This document shows positions 1-9,936 of a stretch of 64,000 nt of DNA, piece by piece (position 1 is the stretch's first letter; every line of letters begins with the position of its first letter). The stretch is from an uncultured Lachnospiraceae bacterium (GTDB lineage Bacteria; Bacillota; Clostridia; Lachnospirales; Lachnospiraceae), in assembly GCA_947382355.1 (NCBI GenBank), contig CANCYR010000003.1, forward strand, positions 52,139 to 116,138. The letters are read 5' to 3'. The position numbers and the translations under genes are program-made. Under the pieces are notes generated by a model. It saw only the letters and a program-made list of their open reading frames with translations, searched no databases and was not told the DNA's origin.

Positions 1-80
1 GGAGGGGGAATTCCCTCCCGTTGTTCGTGGAAATTATGTTTTATTTGGGGTATGTAAAAAGAGAGAAAGGAGGGTTCCTT

Positions 81-3000
81 ATGAAGAAAAATGTAATAAA
101 GCAATGGTTAAGTATTTTTCTGGCGGCAGCTGTATTGGTGAACGGTTCTGCCTGTGATTTTTCCGGAACGGTAAATGCTACCATGACGGATTATGAAATA
201 GAAGAAGGAATTGATGAAACATCTGTATCGGAGAACAGTTCTATAAATACAGATGAAGCATCTGAAGACAATGTCATAGAGGATGAAGATGTTCTGGAGG
301 AACCGGGACTCATACAGGATTCAGATAAAAGCTCCGGAGTATATTATAATACTGGAAGCAATATGACCGACTTCCGCGATGAAACCATTTATTTTGTTAT
401 GACTACCAGATTTTATGACGGAGACACTTCCAATAATGTACAGTGCTGGGACGGCAAGGATAAAAACGGCGAAAGCGACCCGCCCTGGAGAGGGGATTTT
501 AAGGGGTTGATTGAAAAGCTGGATTATATTAAGGCATTGGGCTTTACTGCAGTCTGGATTACTCCCGTTGTAAAAAATGCCAGCGGATATGATTACCATG
601 GCTATCATGCCATCAACTTTAAAGAAGTGGACCCCAGATACGAATCCGATGACTGCACTTACGAGGATTTGATTGAAGCGGTGCATGAAAGAGGCATGAA
701 AATCATTCAGGACGTAGTATTTCAGCATACCGGCAACTGGGGAGAAGAAAATCTGTATCCTATGTTTACCAAGTCGGAGACCAATCTGGACACGACTGCC
801 TGTATGCAGAGGAATATGAGCATGGCATGGGATCCCAATTATGAAACATTTATGCCGGAGCATGAAAGAGGTGCTAAACAGCTTCGTGACAGGCTGAAGC
901 TGATGAACGCGGATTCGGATGCCGGCACCAAATATGATATGAACGATATTTATCATCATGAAGGCTTTGTAGGAAGCTCTTTTGAGCAGCCAATCGTACA
1001 GTACGGGTCTATCCATTATGCGGACTGTATGGATTTAAATACAGAAAATCCAAAGGTATACCATTATCTGGTAGATGCGTACAGCGATTATATCCGGATG
1101 GGAGTGGATGCTTTTCGTGTGGATACGGTAAAGCATATTTCAAGACTTACATTAAACAAAGCATTTAACCAGCAGTTAAATGATGCTTATAATGAAACCC
1201 ATGGAACAAGCGGCGAAGGAAACTTCTTTATGTTTGGAGAGGTATGTACCAGATGGAGAGGGACATGGAACAGCGGCATTCCCTCTATTTCTACTCCTTT
1301 CTATACATGGAAGGAAACAGAAGACTATGCCTGGGACGACAGTGAAACGGCTGCTGCCAATACAACCAATAATGCTTCTGCAAAGCAGCATTATAATGAC
1401 TATGCAGGAAATACAGACAGCCAGCCTACCAATGACAATGAAAAGCTGCGGGGCAATGAATATCATACTCCGGACCACAGCCAGCATTCGGGCATGAACG
1501 TAATTGACTTTCCTATGCATTGGGCTTTCAAGAGTGCAGGGGAGGCATTTCAGCAGGCATTGGCGGAAGACCCGTATTACAATGATGCCACCTTTAATGT
1601 TACGTATGTGGATTCCCATGACTACGCGCCGGACAATGCGCCGGAAAATGTACGGTATAACGGCTCTACGGAGCAGTGGGCGGAAAATCTTTCCCTGCTT
1701 TTTACCTTCCGTGGAATTCCGTGTATTTATTATGGTTCTGAGGTAGAATTCCAAAAAGGAGAGCTGATTGACCAGGGACCCAACATTCCCCTTGCTGAAT
1801 CCGGCAGGGCATACTTTGGCGATTATATTGAAGGAAGCGTGGATGTAGTAAATTTTGCAAGATACACAAATGCAACAGGAAAAATGGCGGAAACTTTGAA
1901 TCATCCATTATCTCTTCATATCCAAAGGCTGAACAGGCTGCGTGCCTCCGTTCCGGCTTTAAGGAAAGGACAGTATTCCACAGAAGGCTGCAGCGGAAGC
2001 TTTGCATATAAGAGACGTTATACGGATGAAAATACGGATAGCTTTGCACTGATTGCCTTAACCAGCGATGCTACCTTCAGCGGAATTCCTAATGGCACTT
2101 ATGTGGATGCCATTACCGGCGATACAAAGAATGTTACGGGGGGAACCCTCAGCACATCCGGTATTAAGGGACAAGGCGATTTACGGGTTTATGTATTGAA
2201 TACGGACAAAACAAAGGCTCCCGGCATGATTGACGGAAAGAGCGCATATATGTCAGGCGGTACGGATAAGGTTGAACTGATACCGGATGAAGGCGGAAGC
2301 GAATCCATACCGGCAACAGGCATTACCCTTGATAAAAGCTCTGCAAATCTGGACCTTGGAGGGACAGCAGTATTTACAGCAACTATTGCACCTTCCGATG
2401 CTACCAATAAGAGAGTTATCTGGTCTTCTGATAAGGAAACAGTGGCAAAAGTAAACAGCAAAGGAACAGTTACTGCGGTAGGTGAGGGAACTGCAAAGAT
2501 TACGGCGAAAACTTCAAATGGACATTCTGCAACTGCTACGGTAACAGTAACGGCATCTGGAATCAAGGTGACGGGAGTGACGGTAAATCCTCAGTCAGCC
2601 AGCATAAATGAAGGGGAAACACTGCAATTGAGTGCGTCTGTGACCCCATCTAATGCAGATCCCAAATATGCTGCCCTTACATGGCAATCCAGCAATACAA
2701 AAGTAGCAACGGTTGACCAGACGGGACTGGTAACGGCAAAGAAGCAGGGAACTGCCATTATAACAGCGCAGACAGCATATTTTGGCAAGTCCGCAGAGGC
2801 AGTAATCAATGTGGAAGGACCTAAGATTAACTTTTTAGACGGGGATGCAGTTTATTTTGAGAAGCCTTCCGGCTGGGGCTCAGTCAAGGCATATTTCTGG
2901 ACAGATTCACCTAAATGGGATAACGGATGGCCGGGTGAAGAAATGCAGGTTGTAAATGAAAGTGCAGGAATATACGGCATTAAGCTTCCGGCAGGAAAAT

Positions 3001-4946
3001 CTGCAGCGGACTTAAAGGTTATCTTTACCGACGGAGGAAGCCAGACAGATGACTTAAAAATAGTTGTAAACGGCTATTATGATAGTACAGGATATATAAG
3101 GACCCTGGATCCAAATGATAAGGGAGACATACCGAATATTTCGAAAAATATCAGCGTTTCCTTTGCAAATCCGGGAGAAACATATGTTTATGACGGAACG
3201 GAAAAGAAACCGGACGTTATGGTAAAAGCGGACACAACAGTTTTGACAATGGGAAAGGATTATATCGTGCGCTATATGAATAATGTAAGCGCAGGCAGCG
3301 AAAACTCACAGGCATCGGCTCCAACGGTAATTGTTACAGGAATTGGCAGCTATACTGGAAAAATAAACAAAAACCTGACTTTTACAATTGAGCCTAAGAC
3401 GATTGTGGAAAGCAATGTATCCATAGCTGCCGGAGCCCATACTTACACCGGAAAACCCATTACTCCAAATGTATCGGTTATGGCTGGGGGAACTGTTCTG
3501 GTAAAAGATGTAGATTATGAAATTACTTATAGCAATAACATAAACGCAGGAAATGCAGAAGTAGTTGTAAAAGGATTATCCAATTATACCGGAACAGTGC
3601 AAAAGGAATTTACAATAGGAAAGGCAGAAATACCCAAGGGAGCTCCTCAAAGTGAAATGACGGCAGCTGCCGGACTGAAGGTGTCGGACGTGTATCTGGG
3701 AAGTGGCTGGGAATGGTCTGCTTCTGACAGAGATACTCTGATTGAAGAAGGAGAGACGGTTTTAGCAACTGCTGAATACACCGGCACAGACAAGGATAAT
3801 TATCGTATTCTTAACGTACAGGTTTTGCTCAGGGGCATTAACTGTACCCATGAGGATTCTTCCAAACACAAGATAGAGGGAGCCATAGAGGCAACCTGTA
3901 CCACTGACGGCTACAGCGGGGATAAGATCTGCACCAACTGTCAGACAAAGATTGAAGCCGGGAGAATCATACAGGCAACAGGACATATGTGGGAGAGTAC
4001 CCCTCGCATCGATAAAGCGGCTACCTGTACCATGGCTGGAAGCAAATCCGTTCATTGCAGCAAATGTGATGAAACAAAGGATAAGGGCATCGTTCCGGCA
4101 CTGGGGCATACAGGCGGAAGGGCCACCTGCAGCTCACAGGCAAAATGCGTCAGATGTAAGGAACCGTATGGAACATTTGGCAATATTCATACCTGGGATG
4201 GGGGAAAAGTGACAAAGGCTCCGACAGCAGCAGAGGATGGTGTAAGAACCTATACCTGTACGGAATGTAAAATAGAAACGAAGACAGAAGTGATTCCAAA
4301 GCTTGGCGGAGGCAGTGGAACAGGCAGTGGAACAGGCGGAGGCACTGAAACAGGCAGCAGCCTGAAGAAAGGAGATGCCGTAAAGGATACCGCCTCAAAT
4401 GCAACATACAAAGTTACAAGTGCGGATGCTTCCGGGAAAACAGTGGAATATACAGCACCGGTAAAGGCTGCAAAGACCGTGAAAATCCCAAAAGAAATTG
4501 TTATAAAGGGAAATACCTATAAGGTTACATCCATTGCAGGTAATGCATTTAAAAATAACAAGACAATTCAAACTCTAAAAATAGGCGGCAATGTAAAAAC
4601 CATTGGCAAAAGTGCATTTTCCGGATGCAGCAGGCTAAAGAAGGTAACGCTTTCTTCAGGTACTGCAACCATTGGAAATAACGCATTCTATAAATGCACC
4701 AAGCTTACAAGCATTACCATCCCCTCCAAAGTGAGCAAGATAGGAAGCAAAGCATTTTATGGCTGTAAGAAACTAAAGAAAATTACGATAAAGACTTCGA
4801 AGTTAACGAGTAAAAAGGTTGGAAGCAAGGCATTTAAGGGCATTGCAGCAAAAGCTACGATTAAAGTCCCCAAAAAGAAGCTGACAGCTTATAAAAAGCT
4901 TTTAAAGTCAAAAGGGGTTGGAACAAAAGCAAAGATTAAAAAGTAA
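81..4946 (+). CDS. Secreted multidomain GH13 alpha-amylase (1621 aa): signal peptide, acidic linker, GH13 catalytic domain, two Big_2-like Ig domains, CBM25/26-like module, MBG-like repeats, Cys/His repeat units, BspA-type LRR, Lys-rich tail
   Basis: Track ORF 21..4946. I moved the start to ATG 81 (MKKNVIKQWLSIFLAAAVLV..., hydrophobic signal sequence), just downstream of the SD AAAGGAGGG. GH13 conserved regions are present: I DVVFQHTG, II GVDAFRVDTVKHI, III FMFGEVC, IV YVDSHDY. Big_2-like segments are ITLDKSSANLDLGGTAVFTATI... and VTVNPQSASINEGETLQLSASV.... A starch-binding-like segment reads AVYFEKPSGWGSVKAYFWTD..GWPGEEM. The C-terminal module is shared with the next two genes. Confidence 0.88.
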   Translation: MKKNVIKQWLSIFLAAAVLVNGSACDFSGTVNATMTDYEIEEGIDETSVSENSSINTDEASEDNVIEDEDVLEEPGLIQDSDKSSGVYYNTGSNMTDFRDETIYFVMTTRFYDGDTSNNVQCWDGKDKNGESDPPWRGDFKGLIEKLDYIKALGFTAVWITPVVKNASGYDYHGYHAINFKEVDPRYESDDCTYEDLIEAVHERGMKIIQDVVFQHTGNWGEENLYPMFTKSETNLDTTACMQRNMSMAWDPNYETFMPEHERGAKQLRDRLKLMNADSDAGTKYDMNDIYHHEGFVGSSFEQPIVQYGSIHYADCMDLNTENPKVYHYLVDAYSDYIRMGVDAFRVDTVKHISRLTLNKAFNQQLNDAYNETHGTSGEGNFFMFGEVCTRWRGTWNSGIPSISTPFYTWKETEDYAWDDSETAAANTTNNASAKQHYNDYAGNTDSQPTNDNEKLRGNEYHTPDHSQHSGMNVIDFPMHWAFKSAGEAFQQALAEDPYYNDATFNVTYVDSHDYAPDNAPENVRYNGSTEQWAENLSLLFTFRGIPCIYYGSEVEFQKGELIDQGPNIPLAESGRAYFGDYIEGSVDVVNFARYTNATGKMAETLNHPLSLHIQRLNRLRASVPALRKGQYSTEGCSGSFAYKRRYTDENTDSFALIALTSDATFSGIPNGTYVDAITGDTKNVTGGTLSTSGIKGQGDLRVYVLNTDKTKAPGMIDGKSAYMSGGTDKVELIPDEGGSESIPATGITLDKSSANLDLGGTAVFTATIAPSDATNKRVIWSSDKETVAKVNSKGTVTAVGEGTAKITAKTSNGHSATATVTVTASGIKVTGVTVNPQSASINEGETLQLSASVTPSNADPKYAALTWQSSNTKVATVDQTGLVTAKKQGTAIITAQTAYFGKSAEAVINVEGPKINFLDGDAVYFEKPSGWGSVKAYFWTDSPKWDNGWPGEEMQVVNESAGIYGIKLPAGKSAADLKVIFTDGGSQTDDLKIVVNGYYDSTGYIRTLDPNDKGDIPNISKNISVSFANPGETYVYDGTEKKPDVMVKADTTVLTMGKDYIVRYMNNVSAGSENSQASAPTVIVTGIGSYTGKINKNLTFTIEPKTIVESNVSIAAGAHTYTGKPITPNVSVMAGGTVLVKDVDYEITYSNNINAGNAEVVVKGLSNYTGTVQKEFTIGKAEIPKGAPQSEMTAAAGLKVSDVYLGSGWEWSASDRDTLIEEGETVLATAEYTGTDKDNYRILNVQVLLRGINCTHEDSSKHKIEGAIEATCTTDGYSGDKICTNCQTKIEAGRIIQATGHMWESTPRIDKAATCTMAGSKSVHCSKCDETKDKGIVPALGHTGGRATCSSQAKCVRCKEPYGTFGNIHTWDGGKVTKAPTAAEDGVRTYTCTECKIETKTEVIPKLGGGSGTGSGTGGGTETGSSLKKGDAVKDTASNATYKVTSADASGKTVEYTAPVKAAKTVKIPKEIVIKGNTYKVTSIAGNAFKNNKTIQTLKIGGNVKTIGKSAFSGCSRLKKVTLSSGTATIGNNAFYKCTKLTSITIPSKVSKIGSKAFYGCKKLKKITIKTSKLTSKKVGSKAFKGIAAKATIKVPKKKLTAYKKLLKSKGVGTKAKIKK

Positions 4947-4992
4947 AAGGGCCAAATCGTGTAAAAACGATTATAAAATGAAAGGAGAAAGA

Positions 4993-7900
4993 ATGAAGCA
5001 AAGAAAAGCAATGAAGGCAGTATCCCTGTTTATGGCATTTATTCTGGTATTTACTACCAGTGCATGGTCTCAGGCTTTGGAAGCAGAGGCGGTTTTTGCA
5101 GAGCAGGATGCTTTGACAGATAATATGGAAGAAGCCCCGGAGCAATCCGGGGCTGAAGGAGAAGCTGAAGCTGCGGAAGAATCCGCAGATAGTCTGGAGA
5201 CGGAAACAGAAGATGGGCAGGAAGCTTCGCAAGAGCAGATGGAGCCGGATGAATCGGAAGAAAGTGAAGAGCCGGAGGAGGAAGACGAAGACGGGGTAGA
5301 AAATCCGGATGATTTGCTGGAAGAGGATACCATAGATGAGTCGGATATGTCAGGAGAGACCACGATTGTAAAAACAGGTTCTCCGGAGCTTAGGGACAAG
5401 AAATTTTCCTGGGACAATGCAACTGTGTATTTTGTTCTGACAGACCGTTTCCTGAATGGAGATAAATCAAACGACCATTCCTATGGCAGGGGGTTAAAAG
5501 AAAACAGCAGTTCCATGGTGGACGGGCTTGATACCTATACAAATCCGGGAACCTGGCATGGCGGGGATTTAAAAGGTCTGACCCAGAAGGTGGAAGAGGG
5601 ATATTTTGATGACCTTGGTGTAAATGCCATCTGGATTACAGCGCCTTATGAGCAGGTACATGGCTATACATCGGCAAATATACAAAGCAATAATGCAAAT
5701 CAGTATCCGGATCCGGCCAGAGGAGGATTTCCTTATTACTCTTATCATGGATACTGGGCTCTTGATTTTAGCCAGATAGATGCCAATATGGGTTCAGAGG
5801 CAGATTTTAAAAATTTTGTGGACAGCTGTCATGAGCATGGCATAAGAGTAGTTATGGACGTGGTAATGAACCATGTGGGCTATACTACCATGCAGGATGC
5901 CGTCGATTATGGATTTGACGGTACGTTAAAGGGAAATTGGAGAGAATATTACTACGGAAATTCTACCTATCTGATGGGTGGAGACCCGGAATCCTCGAAT
6001 TTCTGGGAGCAGCAGTCAGAGCTTTGGAGGACGAAATGGTGGGGACCCGGCTTTGTGCGGGCATCTTATCCGGGCTATACTGCAGCAGGCGGCGACGATT
6101 ATCATATGAGCTTAAGCGGGCTTCCCGACGTGGTTACAGAATCTTCGGCTTCAGCTGTGCCAACGCCTCCGCTTCTTGTAAATAAGTGGACGCAGGAAGG
6201 AATACTTGCCAAGGAACAGGGGGAACTGGATGCATTTTTCCAGAAAACCGGATATAGTAAACAGCCACGTTATTATATTATTAAATGGCTTACGGACTGG
6301 GTTCGGGAATACGGAGTGGATGGCTTCCGCTGTGATACCGCAAAGCACGTGGATAAAGATGCATGGAAGGATTTAAAGACGGAAGCAAATAAAGCATTGA
6401 AGGAATGGCGGAGCAATAATCCTAATGCGGCAGGCAGCCAGTGGACGGATGATTTCTGGATGACGGGAGAAGCCTGGGGACATGGGCCGGGAAAAAGTGA
6501 GTATTTTACAGAAGGCGGCTTTGATTCCATGATTAATTTCCAGTTCAATAAGTCCGGAGACCCGGCAGGAATGGAAGGAACATACAGTGGTTATGCGGCA
6601 GATATCAATAGTGATCCAGAGTTTAATGTGTTAAGTTATATTTCTTCCCATGATGACAGCGACAGCACAATGGGCGTGTGGAGGGCTACAGATGATAAAA
6701 ATATGGACCTTGGAACCTGTCTGCTGTTATCACCGGGCGGTGTGCAGATTTATTATGGAAATGAAATAAACAGGGGACTTGGATGGGTGGACTTCTTTAC
6801 CGGAAATGATTATCTGGACCAAAGATTTCGTACAGATATGGACTGGAATGGTGTCACCGGAGCAAAGGCTTCTGTATTGAAGCACTGGCAGAAGGTAGGA
6901 CAATTCCGCAGCAACCATCTGTCTGTAGGGGCAGGACAGCACGAAAAATTGTCTGATTCCCCATATACCTTCAGCAGGACGTATCATTTAGAAGAGGATG
7001 ATGAGGACAAGGTAGTAGTCGCACTGCCAAATACAGCAGGAACCTTCAGTGTTCCGATAGGCTCTGTCTTTGAGGAGGGAGAGACCCTTACCGATGCTTA
7101 TTCAGGAAATAAGTATGAGGTGAAGAATGGCAGCGTATCCGTTACCTGCGACAGCAATGGAGTTATTTTGCTGCAGGGCTCCGGCATTGTGAAAGCAAGC
7201 GTTAATGCAAAGACAAAAAATAACCAGACTACTTATTCAAGCGATACTTTTGATATTACATTAAGGGCAAATAAGGCAGCCGATACATATTATTCCATAA
7301 ATGGAGGAACAAAGCAGCCTTATGAAAACGATCAGGTGATTACTATCGGAGGAGATACGGCATATGGTGAGGAAACTACTCTTACACTGACAGGTACTTC
7401 CATGGACGATGGTTCTGCCCTCACGAAGACCATTAAGTATAAAAGAGGTCCGGAACCTCTTATCAGTGATGGAATCTTTTATATCAAGGTGAAGAAAAGT
7501 GATTTTTCAAGTCCGCCCAGTATTTATGTATATACTGAAACTACTCCTGCGCAGGAGCCTGCCGGGAAATGGCCGGGAGCAACGCTGACAGAGGATGAGG
7601 ATTCGGATTACTATTCTTATAAAAATGAAAATATTACTTCAAGTATGCGGGTTATTTTTATACAGGGTTCCTGGAGAAGCACTCCGGAGGGAGCAGACGG
7701 ACTGGCAGCACAGGGTTGTATGCTTTATGACAAGAGCAGCAATACATTGTCAGAACTGCCTTCCGGCGAGCCCGGAAAGGTGACCATTAATTATAAGAAA
7801 GAAAATGGAGAAATCATAAAATCCATTTATAGAGTAGGAGTAGTAGGAAAGCCATATAAAACATATCCGGCTGTAGTCAGCGGATATACTTTAAAGACGA

Positions 7901-9822
7901 CACCTGCCAATGCAACAGGTACATTTGCAGAGAATGTAACCGTAGATTATATTTACAGCACAGGGGATGCTCCTGTAGGCGGTATAAGTATTGCAGCATT
8001 TACGGCAAGTCCTCTTAGCGGCAGCGCATATAAAGGAAGCCTTGTGAATCTTGAAGCGGCTGCAACAGGAGGAACGGGCGCTTTGCAGTATAAGTTTACT
8101 GCACGGCTGGGAAATGGCAGTGAGAGCACCATACAGGATTACAGGACAATCAATAATGTTTCATGGACTCCCCAGACAGCCGGAAGATATACCCTGAAGG
8201 TATACGTGAAGGATTCTGCCAATAAGATTGCGGAGAAAACAATAGCAAATTATGAGGTAAAAGAAAATTCCTCGCCAAATCCGTCGCCAAATCCGTCGGA
8301 TATCCAGATTGCCTTTGCCAATGAGACTTTAAGATATGTTTATAATGGCAGTCAGCAGAGGCCGGGCGTGGTCGTAAGAGAAGGGACAAAGACCTTGACA
8401 GAAGGAATGGACTACAGTCTGTCCTATTATAACTGTATCAATGCTGCTGACAAGGATTCACAAAATGCTCCAACGATTATCGTTTCAGGCAAGGGCGATT
8501 ATACAGGAAAAATTATAAATGTGAAACTGACCTTTACGATAGAGAAGGCGAATATACCAAAAGGCGCTCCAGAGAGTACAATGACGGTAGCAGCCGGTCC
8601 GGTTTCAAACTTAGCGTTGAATGCGGGATGGGAGTGGGCGGATTCTGATAAAAATGTTATCATTCAGGTTGATGAGACCATTTCTGTAATGGCTGTTTAC
8701 AACGGAACAGATAAGGAAAATTATAAGACCACAAGCATGACAGTAAGTCTTACAGGCATTTCCTGTGACCATCCGGTTTCAGAGCGGGAGACCATAGTGG
8801 CAATAGCTCCAACCTGTACCCAGCCGGGTCGTAAGGACGTTGTTTGTAAAAGATGTCATACAACCATGGATGAAGGTGAAGTTTTACGGGCATTAGGTCA
8901 TACAGGCGGAACAGCAACCTGTTCCTCACAGGCAACTTGTGGAAGGTGCGGCGGAAAGTACGGTCCTTTTGATAATACGAAGCATGCAAATATAGTTCTT
9001 CAGAATAAAAAAGCAGCAAATTGCCAGCAGGCAGGATACACGGGAGATGCTGTATGTCAGGATTGCGGCTCCATGATTTCTTCCGGAAAGCCTGTTGCAA
9101 AAACCGGGCATATATGGGATGCCGGGAAAGTGACGAAGGCGCCTACAGAAACAGCAAATGGAGTCAGAACATATACCTGCACTGCATGTAAGACGGCAAC
9201 TAGAACAGAATCAATTCCAAAGATAGCAGGAAACGGATTAAATACAGGGGATTCTGTCATTGATGCTTCTACCAAGACAGTCTATAAAATTACCAAGACA
9301 AGTTCCACAGTGAAGCAGGTAGAGTTTGTATTGTCTTCCGGTTCAGCTAAGAATGTGACTATACCGAATAACGTAGTCCTAAAAGGCACTACCTATCAGG
9401 TAACCTCCATTGCGGACAATGCGTTTAAAAATAATAAGACCATTCAAACTGTGAAAATTGGAAGCAATGTAAAAACAATTGGAGAAAATGCATTTTCCGG
9501 CTGTAGCAGGCTAAAGAAGGTAACCCTTTCCAAGAACACTGTAACAATTGGAAGCAAGGCATTTTATAAATGTACGAAACTTACAAATATAACGATTCCT
9601 TCCAAAGTAAGTAAGATTGGAAGCAAGGCATTTTATGGCTGTAAGAAGTTGAAAAAGATTACAATTAAAACAACCAAGTTGACAAGCAAAAAGGTTGGCA
9701 GTCAGGCATTTAAAGGGATTGTCACAAAAGCATCCATTAAAGTTCCCAAAAAGAAGCTGGCTGCATATAAGAAGCTCTTAAAAGCAAAAGGGGTCAGCTC
9801 CAAAGCGAAAATAAAAAAATAA
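4993..9822 (+). CDS. Secreted multidomain GH13 alpha-amylase, MalS-like catalytic core (1609 aa), with poly-acidic linker, CBM-like module, MucBP-like segment and the shared MBG/Cys-His/LRR/Lys-tail C-terminal module
   Basis: Track ORF 4918..9822. Start placed at ATG 4993, 3 nt after AAAGGAGAAAG, giving the signal peptide MKQRKAMKAVSLFMAFILVFTTSAWS. GH13 regions: I DVVMNHVG, II VDGFRCDTAKHV, III FWMTGEAWGHG, IV YISSHDD. The MucBP-like segment is GKVTINYKKENGEIIKS...GYTLKT...VTVDYIY. Confidence 0.88.
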   Translation: MKQRKAMKAVSLFMAFILVFTTSAWSQALEAEAVFAEQDALTDNMEEAPEQSGAEGEAEAAEESADSLETETEDGQEASQEQMEPDESEESEEPEEEDEDGVENPDDLLEEDTIDESDMSGETTIVKTGSPELRDKKFSWDNATVYFVLTDRFLNGDKSNDHSYGRGLKENSSSMVDGLDTYTNPGTWHGGDLKGLTQKVEEGYFDDLGVNAIWITAPYEQVHGYTSANIQSNNANQYPDPARGGFPYYSYHGYWALDFSQIDANMGSEADFKNFVDSCHEHGIRVVMDVVMNHVGYTTMQDAVDYGFDGTLKGNWREYYYGNSTYLMGGDPESSNFWEQQSELWRTKWWGPGFVRASYPGYTAAGGDDYHMSLSGLPDVVTESSASAVPTPPLLVNKWTQEGILAKEQGELDAFFQKTGYSKQPRYYIIKWLTDWVREYGVDGFRCDTAKHVDKDAWKDLKTEANKALKEWRSNNPNAAGSQWTDDFWMTGEAWGHGPGKSEYFTEGGFDSMINFQFNKSGDPAGMEGTYSGYAADINSDPEFNVLSYISSHDDSDSTMGVWRATDDKNMDLGTCLLLSPGGVQIYYGNEINRGLGWVDFFTGNDYLDQRFRTDMDWNGVTGAKASVLKHWQKVGQFRSNHLSVGAGQHEKLSDSPYTFSRTYHLEEDDEDKVVVALPNTAGTFSVPIGSVFEEGETLTDAYSGNKYEVKNGSVSVTCDSNGVILLQGSGIVKASVNAKTKNNQTTYSSDTFDITLRANKAADTYYSINGGTKQPYENDQVITIGGDTAYGEETTLTLTGTSMDDGSALTKTIKYKRGPEPLISDGIFYIKVKKSDFSSPPSIYVYTETTPAQEPAGKWPGATLTEDEDSDYYSYKNENITSSMRVIFIQGSWRSTPEGADGLAAQGCMLYDKSSNTLSELPSGEPGKVTINYKKENGEIIKSIYRVGVVGKPYKTYPAVVSGYTLKTTPANATGTFAENVTVDYIYSTGDAPVGGISIAAFTASPLSGSAYKGSLVNLEAAATGGTGALQYKFTARLGNGSESTIQDYRTINNVSWTPQTAGRYTLKVYVKDSANKIAEKTIANYEVKENSSPNPSPNPSDIQIAFANETLRYVYNGSQQRPGVVVREGTKTLTEGMDYSLSYYNCINAADKDSQNAPTIIVSGKGDYTGKIINVKLTFTIEKANIPKGAPESTMTVAAGPVSNLALNAGWEWADSDKNVIIQVDETISVMAVYNGTDKENYKTTSMTVSLTGISCDHPVSERETIVAIAPTCTQPGRKDVVCKRCHTTMDEGEVLRALGHTGGTATCSSQATCGRCGGKYGPFDNTKHANIVLQNKKAANCQQAGYTGDAVCQDCGSMISSGKPVAKTGHIWDAGKVTKAPTETANGVRTYTCTACKTATRTESIPKIAGNGLNTGDSVIDASTKTVYKITKTSSTVKQVEFVLSSGSAKNVTIPNNVVLKGTTYQVTSIADNAFKNNKTIQTVKIGSNVKTIGENAFSGCSRLKKVTLSKNTVTIGSKAFYKCTKLTNITIPSKVSKIGSKAFYGCKKLKKITIKTTKLTSKKVGSQAFKGIVTKASIKVPKKKLAAYKKLLKAKGVSSKAKIKK

Positions 9823-9870
9823 CAATGTTTTGGGTAGCAGGACTGAAAAAAGATATAAAGATGTGAGAGG

Positions 9871-9896
9871 TTGCCCATCCGGAAACGGATGGGCAG
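9871..9896 (+). terminator. GNRA-capped stem-loop between amylase 2 and the pullulanase gene (weak terminator or mRNA processing/stability hairpin)
   Basis: TTGCCCATCCG-GAAA-CGGATGGGCAG forms an 11-bp stem with a GAAA tetraloop. No U-tract follows (CATTGG), so termination is probably only partial. Confidence 0.35.
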
Positions 9897-9936
9897 CATT
9901 GGTTATAAGAAGGATTAGAAAAGGAGGAAGGGCAGT

